A DNA stretch of 63,334 nucleotides, filler included, from an uncultured Gemmatimonadota bacterium (GCA_964490075.1; 3 parts of 3 records of this genome joined end to end with filler, not necessarily neighbours in it), one strand, 5' to 3'; counted from the whole stretch's first letter, positions 27,705 through 38,228 are shown. Numbers and translations are program-made. Notes: generated from the letters alone by a model not told the origin.

Positions 27705-30700
27705 ATGTTTCGTGAACTGAAGCCTCCCTACCGGCTCGAATCCGAGATTCTCGACTACTGGAAGAGCAGCGACATATTCCACAAGTGTCTCGCGCTTTCC
27801 GAGGGCCGCCCGCCCTTCGTCTTCTACGAGGGTCCCCCGACCGCCAACGGCACCCCCCACAACGGCCACGTCCTGACCCGCGTGATCAAGGACCTGTTCC
27901 CGCGCTACAAGACCATGCGCGGCTATCATGTCGATCGAAAGGCCGGCTGGGACACCCACGGTCTGCCGGTCGAGGTCGAGGTCGAAAAGACGCTCGGGAT
28001 CCACGGCCGCGAGGCGATCGAGGAGTACGGGATCGAGGCCTTCGCCCGCAAGTGCATCGAGTCGGTCTTCGCCTACACACGCGACTGGGAGCAGCTCACC
28101 GAGCGTTCCGGCTTCTGGGTCGACCTCGACCAGGCCTACGTGACCTATCACCGCGAGTACGTCGAAAGCGTCTGGTGGGCGCTTTCCCGACTCTTCGAGA
28201 AGGGCTTGCTCTACCGCGGCCACAAGGTGGTCTGGTGGTGGCCCCAGGGCGGCACCACGCTCTCCGCGGGCGAGGTGGGCCAGGGCTACAAGGAGGTCGA
28301 CGATCCCTCGATCACGGTGCGTTTCCGGGTCGAGGGCACAGACGACACCTTTCTGCTGGCCTGGACCACCACCCCCTGGACGCTGCCCTCGAACGTCGCC
28401 ATCTCGGTTCATCCCGACCTGGACTACGCCTACGTGCGAAGCGGCGACGAGGTGCTGATCGTCGCCGCCGAACAGGCCGACCAGGTCGAAGGCAGGGTCG
28501 AAAAGGTGGTGCCGGGTTCGGAGCTGGCCGGCCTGCGCTACGAGCCGCTCTACCGCTTCGCGGAGCCCGAAGGCGGCGACAAGTGGAAGGTGATCGTCGG
28601 CAATCACGTGACCCTCGAGACCGGAACCGGGATGGTGCACACCGCACCCGCCTTCGGCGAGGACGACTTCCGGGTGGCCAAGGAGCAGGGCATGGGCATG
28701 CTTCAGCTGGTCGCCCCGAACGGCAACTTCGTGGCGGGCACCGGCTTCCTCGAGGGGCGCTTTTGCAAGGACACCGACCGCGACATCATCCGCGACCTGA
28801 AAGAGCGCGGACTGCTCTTCAAGCGCGAGACCGTACGCCACGACTACCCATTCTGCTGGCGCGCGGAAGACGATCCGCTGATTCAGTACGCGCGGCCCGC
28901 CTGGTTCGTGCGCACCACCGCGCTGAACCGCGAGGCGCTGCAGAACAACGCCGCGGTGCGGTGGTTTCCGGAGCATATCCAGGACGGCCGCTTCGGCGAC
29001 TTCCTGCGCAACAACGTCGACTGGGCGCTGTCTCGGGAACGCTTCTGGGGCACACCGCTCAACATCTGGGAATGTGAGCGTTGCGATCGGCAGGTCGCGC
29101 CCGCCTCGACCGCGGAGATCTTGCGCCTGAATCCCGATGCTTTCGATCCCGCCATCGACCCCCACCTGCAAGTTCACCGCCCCTGGATCGACGCCGTGAA
29201 GCTGCCTTGCCCCGCCTGCGGTGCGTGGATGTTGCGGGTGCCGGAGGTGATCGATTGCTGGTTCGACGCCGGCTGCATGCCTTTCGCCCAGTGGGGATTC
29301 CCCCATCGCGGACAGGAAGAGTTCAAGGCCAACTTCCCGGCCGACTTCATCGCCGAGGCGATCGATCAGACGCGCGGCTGGTTCTACTCGCTGCTGATGA
29401 TCTCGACACTGCTCTTCGACGATGAGAGCTGCGAGGAGTACGGACTGCGAGCGCCAGGCTATCCTCGTCCCTACAAAACCTGCATCGTGCTCGGCCACAT
29501 CACCGACACCGAGGGCAAGAAAGAGTCGAAGTCGAAGGGCAACTATACGAGCCCGGACCTGGTAATGGTGGGGCACACGCGCATGAACGTCGTCGCCGAC
29601 GATACGCTCGAGCCTGGGCAGGTGGGACTGATGTCCGCTCAGGTGAAGGCGCTCGGGCTGAGCGCTCACGAACGACTCACGGCCTGCACGCGGAGCAACG
29701 CCGCCGACCGGCCACTGGAAGTGGTCCCGTGCTCGGTCCAGGTCAAGGAGACGGTTCACCTGCATCCGAGCGACATCGCGGAGCTTGCGCTCGACGGCAC
29801 GGTCACGCTGCGGGCACCCTTCGAGGCGCCGGGCGCCGACGCCTTCCGCTGGCTCTTCTACTCCGCCAATCCCCCTGGATCCGGAACCAGGTTGTCGCTC
29901 AGGGCGATTCGTGAGGCGCAGCGCGAGTTCCTGTTGCGACTGAAGAACGTCCATACATTCTTCTCCATCTACGCCAATATCGCAGGCTTCGACCCTCGCG
30001 GCGAGACGCCCCGACCGGTGGCGAAACGGGCCGTGCTCGACCGCTGGATTCACCACGAGCTCGCCGTGCTCAACGCTCGCGTGATCGAGCAGATGGACGA
30101 GTTCCTGCTCTACGAAGCGGCCCGCGACATCCAACGCTTCGTGGAGGGACTGGCCAACTGGTACGTGCGCCGCTCGCGGCGGCGTTTCTGGGCGGAAGGG
30201 GACGACACCGAGGACGCGCTCTGGACCCTCTACGAAATCCTGACGCGACTCACCGGAATCGTCGCCCCCTTCGTGCCCTTCATCGCCGAAGCGCTCTATC
30301 TCGACCTGGTGAAGAGCACCCACGAGGATGCGCCGGAATCGATCCACCACACCCGCTATCCCGAGGCGGGGAGCGAGCTGCTGGAGCCGGAGCTGGCCCG
30401 CGACATGGCACTGGTTCGAGAGATCACCAGCCTGGCCCTGGCGGCGCGCAAGAAGGTGGGCGTGCGGGTGAGACAGCCGCTCGCGGCGATCGAGGTGGTG
30501 CTGGCCGACGCCGAGCGCGCCGACGCGCTGCGGCCTCTGCTGGGGCTGATCACCGAAGAGCTGAACGTGCGCGAGGTGCACTTCGCGGCCGACGCCGAGC
30601 GCTTCGTTGAGTTCCGCGTCAAGCCGAGCTACAAGCGGCTGGGGCAGCGCCTCGGCAAGCGCATGAAGGCCTGCGCGGCGGCTCTGGCGGCGGCGCCGGC

Positions 30701-30937
30701 GGCCGACCTGAGGCGCCGGCTCCTGAGCGGCGGGCTGGAACTGGCGCTCGCGGACGGCACCACGGTGGCGCTCCAGGAAGAGGACGTGCTGGTGGAAGTC
30801 CAGGCTCGCGAGCACTTCCAGGCCGCCGGATCGGCGACGGCCGTGGTCGCCCTGCACACCGACATCGACGACGACCTGCGCGAAGAGGGCCTGGCTCGCG
30901 AAGTCGTCAATCGCCTGCAGAACCTGCGCAAGGATCT
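27705..30937 (+). CDS. ileS: Isoleucine--tRNA ligase, type 2 (3' truncated by contig end)
   Basis: FYEGPPTANG.PHNGH, GWDTHGLPVE, AWTTTPWTLPSN, GTGMVH.APAFGEDD, DWALSRERFWGTPL, DQTRGWFY, KESKS, NWYVRRSRRRFW, EG.AREVVNR.QN.RK. Confidence 0.97.
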
Positions 30938-31037
30938 NNNNNNNNNNNNNNNNNNNNNNNNNNNNNNNNNNNNNNNNNNNNTTAATTAATTAANNNNNNN
31001 NNNNNNNNNNNNNNNNNNNNNNNNNNNNNNNNNNNNN
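30938..31037. other. Artificial contig linker
   Basis: 44 N + TTAATTAATTAA (stops in all six frames) + 44 N; identical structure at 60647-60746. Confidence 0.98.
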
Positions 31038-31146
31038 GTGGAGGATCCCCATCGATCGTTGCTGACGAGAAGCGTTGACGGGTGTGGGGATCGGTGCAAG
31101 ACCTTCGTGCGCCGGGACTGGCTTCGCCCGGCCCGGCCAACCTAGC

Positions 31147-31932
31147 TCAGCCCACGATCACCCGCGCCCGCAACACCCGCGCAAACGCGAGCCGCCCCGC
31201 CTCCAACCGCCCGGCCACCAGCTCGTCCCCGGCGACCTCGAAGCGCTCCAGCACGGCCTCTCGGATGCGCCCGCGGGCCGCCAGGTAGACGATGCCCAGC
31301 GCGTGCCCCTCGGCCGCCGCGTGGCGCGCCGTTTCGCGCTCGCAACGTCCCTGCACGAAGCCCTCGAGATCGCCCAGGCAGGTCAGCGGCCGGCGCTCGG
31401 AATCGATCGCCTCGAGCAGCCGGGGCCAGGCTTCGATCAGCACCTGCACGTCGCCCGCCGCCCGGTGCGGCGCCGGGTTGACGATGCCGAGCCGGCGCGC
31501 CAGGGCGCCCAGGGAGTGGCCGCCGCGCGCGCCGAGCCACAGGCGGCGCGACATCGCCAGGGTGTCGAGCGGCTCTCGCGCCAGGGCAGCACGCCCTTGG
31601 CGGCGCAGCGCGTCGTCCACGAAGAAGCGGTCGAAGGGGGCGTTGTGGGCCACCAGCACCGCACCGCGGAGCAGCGCGTCGAGCCGGGCGACGACCTCGG
31701 CCTCGCCGGGTGCACCGGCCACCGCCGCCGCGTCGATGCCGTGGATCCGGCTGGCTTCGGCCGGAATCTCGCGTCCGGGATCGACCAGCGTGTCGAGCTC
31801 GGCCTCGAGCGCTCCCCCACGCAACCGTCGCGCGCAGATCTCCACCATGCGGTCGCCCTTGCGCGGGCTCAGCCCGGTGGTCTCGACGTCCAGGAAGACC
31901 AGCGGCACCTGGTGCAGGGGCATGGCATCCAC
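31147..31932 (-). CDS. DEDDh 3'-5' exonuclease (DnaQ/epsilon-like) with a short C-terminal extension
   Basis: FLDVETTG, VAHNAPFD, LDTL and HRAAGD exonuclease motifs. Confidence 0.9.
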   Translation of the reverse strand: MDAMPLHQVPLVFLDVETTGLSPRKGDRMVEICARRLRGGALEAELDTLVDPGREIPAEASRIHGIDAAAVAGAPGEAEVVARLDALLRGAVLVAHNAPFDRFFVDDALRRQGRAALAREPLDTLAMSRRLWLGARGGHSLGALARRLGIVNPAPHRAAGDVQVLIEAWPRLLEAIDSERRPLTCLGDLEGFVQGRCERETARHAAAEGHALGIVYLAARGRIREAVLERFEVAGDELVAGRLEAGRLAFARVLRARVIVG

Positions 31933-31992
31933 GGCGATTCCAAGACTTCGCCCCGGCCGATCGCGGCTTGCGATCGGTCCGGGGCGCGGAGA

Positions 31993-32069
<77 letters not shown>

Positions 32070-32145
32070 TGGTGCACCCAGGAGGACTCGAACCCCCGCT
32101 TCAAGATCCGGAGTCTTGCGCTCTATCCAACTGAGCTATGGGTGC
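32070..32145 (-). tRNA. tRNA-Arg(CCG)
   Basis: GCACCCATAGCTCAGTTGGATAGAGC-CAAGA-CTCCGGA-TCTTG...GGTTCGAGTCC...GGGTGCACCA. Confidence 0.97.
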
Positions 32146-32162
32146 GGTGGAAGAGCGTGCAC

Positions 32163-32191
32163 AGCATAAGTAGCGGTCCCCGAGCTGTCAA
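32163..32191 (-). promoter_or_regulatory. Sigma70 promoter for tRNA-Arg/tRNA-Val
   Basis: TTGACA-17 nt-TATGCT on the minus strand, 17 nt upstream of tRNA-Arg. Confidence 0.8.
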
Positions 32192-32214
32192 CTCGGGCGG
32201 GACGGCGAATCCCC

Positions 32215-32243
32215 TTGACGCCCCCTGCGCCGAAACCTACGAT
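32215..32243 (+). promoter_or_regulatory. Sigma70 promoter for tRNA-Leu
   Basis: TTGACG-17 nt-TACGAT, 10 nt upstream of the tRNA. Confidence 0.8.
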
Positions 32244-32253
32244 CCCGCTTCTT

Positions 32254-32340
32254 GCCGAAGTGGCGGAACTGGCAGACGCGCACGGTTCAGGTCCGTGTGG
32301 GGGTAACCCCGTGGAGGTTCGAGTCCTCTCTTCGGCACCA
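32254..32340 (+). tRNA. tRNA-Leu(CAG)
   Basis: GCCGAAGTGGCGGAACTGGCAGACGCG-CACGG-TTCAGGT-CCGTG, long variable arm, GGTTCGAGTCC, TTCGGCACCA. Confidence 0.97.
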
Positions 32341-32352
32341 GCTTCTTCTTTC

Positions 32353-32385
32353 AGGACGGGATCCCGCCGGATCTCGTCCTTTTTT
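32353..32385 (+). terminator. Rho-independent terminator after tRNA-Leu
   Basis: AGGACGGGATCC/GGATCTCGTCCT stem (one G-U) followed by a T tract. Confidence 0.85.
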
Positions 32386-32454
32386 GCGCCGGCCGCTCTA
32401 GAGTCGGACTGAATACTCGCGCTCTCACCCGTGTAGACCATCCAGGACGCATCG

Positions 32455-33045
32455 GTGGACCCCCACGACGTGGACCCATCCGACGAACAACGCGCGCTGC
32501 GGGCGGCGCAGGACGGCGATGCCCGGGCCTTCGGCCTCATCGTCCGGCGCTACCAGCACCAGGCCTATCGTTCCGCCCTGGGCATCCTGGGCAACCACGA
32601 CGATGCCTGGGATCTCTCGCAGGACGCCTTCGTTCGTGCTTACCGCCAGCTCGATCGATTTCAAGTGGATCGCCCCTTCTACCCCTGGTTCTACCGGCTC
32701 TTGCGCAACCTCTGCCTGAATCACATCCGCTGGAAGAAACGCCGACGCGAGGACTCGATCGACGTCCTCGAAGAGCGCGGCGGGTTCCTCGAGGCCGGTC
32801 CCGATGCCGACCCGGAGCGCGCCACCGAGGCGGCCTTGATGGGCGAGGCCATCGCCGCGGCGCTGCGCCGGCTGCGCCCCGCGGCACGCGAGATCCTGGT
32901 GCTGCGCGAGCTGCGCGACCTCTCCTACGCCGAGATCGCCGAGCTGCTGGATATCCCGCGGGGCACGGTCATGTCCCGGCTGCACCACGCCCGCAAGGCG
33001 CTCCGCGAGGAGCTGGCCCCCTACTACTCGGAGGCGGTCTCATGA
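32455..33045 (+). CDS. ECF RNA polymerase sigma factor
   Basis: GDARAF..IV.RY, DAWDLSQDAFVRAY, FYPWFYR..RN.C.N; region 4 REILVLRE..DLSYAEIAELLDIPRGTVMSRLH.AR. Confidence 0.95.
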   Translation: MDPHDVDPSDEQRALRAAQDGDARAFGLIVRRYQHQAYRSALGILGNHDDAWDLSQDAFVRAYRQLDRFQVDRPFYPWFYRLLRNLCLNHIRWKKRRREDSIDVLEERGGFLEAGPDADPERATEAALMGEAIAAALRRLRPAAREILVLRELRDLSYAEIAELLDIPRGTVMSRLHHARKALREELAPYYSEAVS

Positions 33046-33488
33046 GCTGCGAAGACCACGCTCCCTTGATCAGCGGTCTCATCGACGGCGAGCTGGTTCC
33101 CGACGAAGAGGCGCGCATCCGAGCCCATCTCGACTCCTGCGCACACTGCCAACAGGAGCTCGGAGCGCTGACCGAGCAGCGCGAGACCACGGGCGCGCTG
33201 CGCCTGCGCGATCCCGATCCCGAGCTCATGGACCGCTTCCATATCGGCATCTACCAGCGCATCGAACGGGCCACCGGCTGGGTGCTACTCTCCGCTGGCG
33301 CCACACTGGCCGGAAGCGTTCTGGCCTACCAGGCGCTGCGCGATCTGATCGGCGACGGCAGCCTTCCCCTGGCCCTGCGCGTGGGGGTGCCGGCCCTCGT
33401 TCTCGGCCTGATTCTGCTGCTGGTCTCGATCGCGCGCGAGAAGCTCTTCCTCCATCGCAACGAACGTTACCGGGAGATCGTTCGATGA
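33042..33488 (+). CDS. Zinc-finger (zf-HC2) membrane anti-sigma factor
   Basis: C...IS..IDGEL...HLDSCAHC plus two TM helices; ATGA-coupled to the sigma gene. Confidence 0.9.
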   Translation: MSCEDHAPLISGLIDGELVPDEEARIRAHLDSCAHCQQELGALTEQRETTGALRLRDPDPELMDRFHIGIYQRIERATGWVLLSAGATLAGSVLAYQALRDLIGDGSLPLALRVGVPALVLGLILLLVSIAREKLFLHRNERYREIVR

Positions 33489-33805
33489 TCGTGGTCACCA
33501 CCAACGAGCTGCCCGGACGCCGCATCGAGCGGGCGCTCGGCCTCGTCAAGGGCAACACCATCCGAGCGCGCCACCTGGGCCGGGATCTGGCGGCGGTGCT
33601 CAAGGGAATCGTGGGCGGAGAGATCGAGGAGTACACCAAGATGATCGCCGAGGCGCGCGAGCAGGCGATCGACCGCATGGTCGAGGACGCCCGCGCTCTG
33701 GGTGCCGACGCCATCGTCTGCGCCCGCTTCGCCACCACCGAGGTGATGCGCTCGGCCGCCGAGGTGGTGGTCTACGGCACCGCCGTTCAGACCCGCGAAC
33801 CCTAG
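33485..33805 (+). CDS. YbjQ/UPF0145 family protein
   Basis: MIVVTT, LGLVKGNTIRARHLGRD, GGEI.EYT, AREQA..RM...A..LGADAI, VVYGTAV. Confidence 0.93.
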   Translation: MIVVTTNELPGRRIERALGLVKGNTIRARHLGRDLAAVLKGIVGGEIEEYTKMIAEAREQAIDRMVEDARALGADAIVCARFATTEVMRSAAEVVVYGTAVQTREP

Positions 33806-33823
33806 GGTCGAGGCCGCCGCCTC

Positions 33824-36592
33824 ATGCGACTCCGCGCCCGCGTACTGCGCTGGGTCGGCCGCACGGTCGTCGCCCGACCGGCCACGCTGATCGCGTCGGC
33901 CGTGGCGCTGAGCGTGGTGAGCACGGTCGTGAGTCTGAGAGGCCTGGCTCTCGACGCCGACTACAACAACCTGCTGCCCTCCGACAACGCCGCGGTGATT
34001 CGCATGCGCGAGATCCTCGCCGAGCACGGCGGCGTCTCGCACCTGATCTTCGTGGTCGACGGGGTCGATGCGGGCGCCCGGGCGGCCGCGGCCGATACTC
34101 TGGCGGCCCGGCTGCGCGGGAGCGGCGAGCTCTTCGAGTCGGCCTCGAGCCGGCTGCCGCTCGAGTGGTTTCGCCGCCGCGCCCTGCTCTACCTGCAGCC
34201 CGACGAGATCGCCCAGCTGCACGCCGAGGTGGCGCCCCGCGGCACGGAGCTGCGCCGCCTCTTGCACGCCGAGTCGGGCGCGGAGCTGATCGAGGCCGGA
34301 GCCGATCTGCTCGAATCCCTCTACGTGGAAGGGGAGGCGGAGCTGACCCCGGAGCGCGACCAGCGGGTCACCGATCAGCTCGAGGCCCTGGTCGAGCTGG
34401 CGATCGGGCTGGCGCGGGCGGAGCGACCGGGCGCGGTGGCGGTGGCGATCGAATCGCAGCTCGATCGCATCTTGCTCGGCGGGCGGGCGGCCGGTGCTCT
34501 GCCGGAGGAGCGGATCGAATCCGGCGACGGCCAGGCGCTCCTGGTGGTCGCCAAGGCGGCGCGCTCCACGCTCGGCGAGGAGGGGCGGGACTTCATCTAC
34601 GAGACCATGGCCGGGGCGCGGGCGGCGATCGCGCGGACCGCGGCGGCGGTGCCGGGACCACGGGTGCGCATCACCGGTCCGATTCCCCAGCAGGAGCTCG
34701 AAGAGGAAGTGATCCGCGGCGACTTCAAGCGCACCGGTCGGGTAGCGGCGCTCCTGATCGCCGGTCTGCTCTGCGTGGCGCTGCGGCTATGGATCGCACC
34801 GCTCCTGGCGATGATCCCGCTTTTCATGTCGCTCACCTGGACGCTGGCCGGCGTGACCTCGACCTTCGGGCGTCTGAACGTCTTCAGCGTCATGTTCGTG
34901 GCGGTGGTGCTGGGACTCGGGATCGACTTCGGCATCCACCTGATCGTTCGTTACGCCGAGGAGCGCTCGGCGGGAGCCGGCGCCGAGGGGGGACTGAAGA
35001 GGGCGATCAACGCCACAGGCAGCGCGGTCACCACCGGCGCGGTGTCGACCATCATGGCCTTCGGCGCCCTGATCTTCTCGCGCTACCCCGCCTTCTACGA
35101 GCTCGGCTGGGTGGCCTTCGCCGGCATTGGCCTGGCCTTCGTGGCCTTCGTCACGGTGATGCCGGCCCTGCTGCTGCTCAAGGACCGCCTGGTGGCGGCG
35201 CGGGCGCCGCGCTTCGAGACCCGCGAGATGTCGCTCGATCTACTCGAGCCGGTCGCCCGGATCATCGAGAGCCGGCCGCGCCTTTGTGCCGTCCTGGCGC
35301 TGGGGGCGACGGCGCTCTCGCTGGGGCTGGCGATCGGCATCCCGCTGGGACCGCGCGAGGGCTGGCTGCGGCGCGGCATCGAGTTCCAGGGCGACCTGCT
35401 GCTGACCCAGCCCGACACGCCCTCCCACCGCCTGCAACGCGAGGTCGTGCGGCGCTTCGACATGGGCGGAGAGCCCTTCTACCTCTCGGCGCGAGATCTC
35501 GACCAGGCCCGGAGCTGGGAGCCGATCTTCGAGGATCTCGAGAGGCGCGGCACGATCTCGAGAGTGGTCTCGGCGGCGCGCTTCGTCCCCGAAGGGATCG
35601 AGACCCGGATCGCCGCGGGCCGGGCTCTGCGCGACACGCTGGCGGCGATCTCGGCCCGGCCACCGGCATCGCGCTCACCAGGGACCGGGCCGGCCGCCGC
35701 GCTGGAGCGTCTCTCCGCTCTCGCCACCGAGATCGGCGACCTGGCCTATCTCTCCGGCCTGGAGCGGCTTCCCGAACGCTCGCTGGAGCTGGCGCGGGAG
35801 GCGGCCGTGGCGGCCGAAGGCGCACGACCGGTGCCCGCCAACGACGCCGCCCTGCGCCGCGCGCTGGCGCGCCGCCGGGCCGAAATCGCCGATCCGGCAC
35901 AGGGACTGCCCTTCGGAGTCGACGATCTGCCCGGCGATCTGCGCAGCCGCCTGGTCGGCGAGTCGGGGGAACTGCTGGTATCGCTCTACGGCCGCCACAA
36001 CATCTACGACGATTCCGCCAACGCCGAGCTGGTGGCCGAGCTGCGGGAGCACTTCCCCGACCTGGTCGGGGTGCCAGTGCTCTATGCCGACCTGCTCGGA
36101 CTGTCGCGGCGCGAAGGTCTGCGTGCCTCCAAGCTCGCCTTCGGGCTGATCTTCCTGGCGCTCTGGGCCGACCTGCGCCGCCCCCTGCGCGCCGCCATCA
36201 CCATGGTCCCCTTGCTGCTCGGCATCTCCTGGACTCTCGGCGCGATGCGCGTTCTGGGGATCGATTTCAACTTCGCCAACGTGGTGGCGGCGCCACTGCT
36301 GCTCGGGATCGGGATCGACGACGGCGTGCACATGATGCACCGCTACCGGGAAGAAGGGCGGGGGCGAATCGGCCGCGTGCTGCGCCACACCGGGCGAGCC
36401 GTGATGCTCACCTCGCTCACCACCATCATCGGCTTCGGGGTCTTCGAGCTGGCCCATCACAAAGGACTGGAGTCGCTCGGCCGGGTGATGGTGATCGGCG
36501 TCGGCGCCTGCTTCCTGGCCTCGATCACCGCGCTGCCCACCTTGCTGGCCCTCGGCGAGCGCTGGAGCTCGGCCGGCGGGGCGGAGCGGTAG
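33824..36592 (+). CDS. MMPL/RND family lipid transporter (HpnN-like)
   Basis: Two RND halves with GLGIDFGIH and GIGIDDGVH motifs; TG.AV..TT..GFG. Confidence 0.88.
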   Translation: MRLRARVLRWVGRTVVARPATLIASAVALSVVSTVVSLRGLALDADYNNLLPSDNAAVIRMREILAEHGGVSHLIFVVDGVDAGARAAAADTLAARLRGSGELFESASSRLPLEWFRRRALLYLQPDEIAQLHAEVAPRGTELRRLLHAESGAELIEAGADLLESLYVEGEAELTPERDQRVTDQLEALVELAIGLARAERPGAVAVAIESQLDRILLGGRAAGALPEERIESGDGQALLVVAKAARSTLGEEGRDFIYETMAGARAAIARTAAAVPGPRVRITGPIPQQELEEEVIRGDFKRTGRVAALLIAGLLCVALRLWIAPLLAMIPLFMSLTWTLAGVTSTFGRLNVFSVMFVAVVLGLGIDFGIHLIVRYAEERSAGAGAEGGLKRAINATGSAVTTGAVSTIMAFGALIFSRYPAFYELGWVAFAGIGLAFVAFVTVMPALLLLKDRLVAARAPRFETREMSLDLLEPVARIIESRPRLCAVLALGATALSLGLAIGIPLGPREGWLRRGIEFQGDLLLTQPDTPSHRLQREVVRRFDMGGEPFYLSARDLDQARSWEPIFEDLERRGTISRVVSAARFVPEGIETRIAAGRALRDTLAAISARPPASRSPGTGPAAALERLSALATEIGDLAYLSGLERLPERSLELAREAAVAAEGARPVPANDAALRRALARRRAEIADPAQGLPFGVDDLPGDLRSRLVGESGELLVSLYGRHNIYDDSANAELVAELREHFPDLVGVPVLYADLLGLSRREGLRASKLAFGLIFLALWADLRRPLRAAITMVPLLLGISWTLGAMRVLGIDFNFANVVAAPLLLGIGIDDGVHMMHRYREEGRGRIGRVLRHTGRAVMLTSLTTIIGFGVFELAHHKGLESLGRVMVIGVGACFLASITALPTLLALGERWSSAGGAER

Positions 36593-36623
36593 ACTACTGG
36601 ACCGCGCAGGAGACGGAGAGCCG

Positions 36624-37727
36624 ATGCCCAAGCCCCCGACCATTCGCGCCTACGTCAGTGCCCACGGTTTCGGGCATGCCACGCGGGTCACGGCGGTGCT
36701 GCGGATGCTGGCCCGCCTGGAGCCGCGGACGGTGGTGCAGATCCGCAGCGCGGCCCCGGCGCAGCTCTTCCTCTGCGCCATGCCCCTGCCACTCGAGATC
36801 GCCTACCAGGTCAACGACATCGGCGTGATCCAGAGCGACGGGCTGACGCTCGAGGGCGCGGCGACTCTGCGCCGCTACGCTGACTTCCTGGAGCACCGGG
36901 ACGAGCTCTTGGCCCGCGAAGCAGTCTCGTTGCGCGCCTGCGAGGTCGACCTGATCTTCGGCGACATCCCCCCTTTCGCCTCGGCCCTGGGGCCGCTCAG
37001 CGGCATCAAGACCCTTGCCATGGGCAACTTCGACTGGGACTGGATCTACGGCGAGTGGATCGCCGAGGTCGAGGGCGGGGAGCGCATCGTGGAGTCGATC
37101 CGCCGCGACTATGCCGCCACCGATCTGTTGCTGCGCCTGCCCTTTCACGACTCCATGGCGGCCTTTCCGCGCCAGGAGGACGTGCCGCTGGTGGGGCGTC
37201 GAGCCCAAGCCTCGACCACGGAGACCCGCCGCCGCGCCGGAATCCCCGCCGACGCGCCGGCGGTGCTGCTCTCCTTCGGCGGCATGGGCCTGAGCGGCGC
37301 CGATCTCAGCGCGCTCGCCCACGACCATGAGCACCACTACGTGACGGTCGGCGATCTGCACGTGCCGCGCGGCACCCATCTCCAGGAATGGGAGCTCCAG
37401 GCGCGTGGAATCCTCTACGAAGATCTGGTTGCGGCGGTCGACGTGGTGGTCACCAAGCCGGGCTACGGGATCGTCTCGGAATGCGCGGTGAACCGCACCG
37501 CGATGCTCTACACCGAGCGTGGCGCCTTTCGCGAGTACCCGATCCTGGTCGAGCAGATGCGCGACTACTTTCCGGCTCGCTACATCGCACCGGACGAGCT
37601 GCGGGCCGGACGCCTGCCCGAGCCCCTGCGGAAACTGCGGGCCCAGCCCTGGCCCGACTCGGCGCCGCCGACGAACGGGGCCGAGATCGTCGCCCGGCGG
37701 CTCTTGGAGCTGGCTCTTTCACCCTGA
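36624..37727 (+). CDS. GT-B glycosyltransferase-like protein (resembles the N-terminal domain of plant L-arabinokinase)
   Basis: SAHGFGHATR, GDIPP, NFDWDWIY, LLSFGG, DVVVTKPGYGIVSEC, R..FREY, NGA. Confidence 0.8.
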   Translation: MPKPPTIRAYVSAHGFGHATRVTAVLRMLARLEPRTVVQIRSAAPAQLFLCAMPLPLEIAYQVNDIGVIQSDGLTLEGAATLRRYADFLEHRDELLAREAVSLRACEVDLIFGDIPPFASALGPLSGIKTLAMGNFDWDWIYGEWIAEVEGGERIVESIRRDYAATDLLLRLPFHDSMAAFPRQEDVPLVGRRAQASTTETRRRAGIPADAPAVLLSFGGMGLSGADLSALAHDHEHHYVTVGDLHVPRGTHLQEWELQARGILYEDLVAAVDVVVTKPGYGIVSECAVNRTAMLYTERGAFREYPILVEQMRDYFPARYIAPDELRAGRLPEPLRKLRAQPWPDSAPPTNGAEIVARRLLELALSP

Positions 37728-37730
37728 TTC

Positions 37731-38228
37731 TCAGTACGGCTCCCCGGACCGGATCAGAGCCACGATGTCCTTGGCATCCAGCTCGATCGCCAGCTCCCGC
37801 CGCACGCCGCCCAAGGGCTCCAGGCGGGCCCCGCTGCGATCGAAAAGGCGCATCCGTGGATTCCACTCCAACTCTCCCGCCACCCAATCGATGTGCTCCG
37901 GGATGCGGCGGCCGAAGCTCCAGTCCCAGTCGACGGCCAGCTCGCCCCCGCCTGAGGGACTGTCGCCGCCCGCGCGTCCGCTTCCCACCACCGCCCAGCG
38001 CTCGACCAGCAGAAAAATGGTGTCTCCTGTGCGGATCGCGGGCAGGGCGGGATCGCGGCCGTGGCGCCGGCGATGCGCCGCGCGCAGCTGCTCCAGAGGC
38101 AGTACATGGCGATCGAGAACATCGTCGCCACAGCCGATCCGCTTCAGGTCCACGGCATCGATCAGCCACACTCTCGCGGGCCGACCGTGGTCCACCTGCG
38201 CCGCGCTTCCGTGACTGTCGTTGCTCAT
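37731..38228 (-). CDS. Hypothetical protein (possibly PUA/EVE-like)
   Basis: Fills the gap between convergent genes; IRTGDTIF..VVGSG pattern weakly resembles PUA-like folds. Confidence 0.5.
   Translation of the reverse strand: MSNDSHGSAAQVDHGRPARVWLIDAVDLKRIGCGDDVLDRHVLPLEQLRAAHRRRHGRDPALPAIRTGDTIFLLVERWAVVGSGRAGGDSPSGGGELAVDWDWSFGRRIPEHIDWVAGELEWNPRMRLFDRSGARLEPLGGVRRELAIELDAKDIVALIRSGEPY

Noticed and set aside
26493..30857. 1454-aa minus-strand ORF and other long overlapping ORFs (e.g. 2204-4222, 6138-8264, 34165-36828, 47839-50427, 58355-60562)
   Set aside because: Shadow frames of well-supported genes in high-GC DNA; no recognisable motifs.
30982..30993. TTAATTAATTAA palindrome inside N runs (also 60691-60702)
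   Set aside because: Synthetic six-frame-stop contig linker, not biological; ileS, tolB and the last gene are truncated by assembly only.
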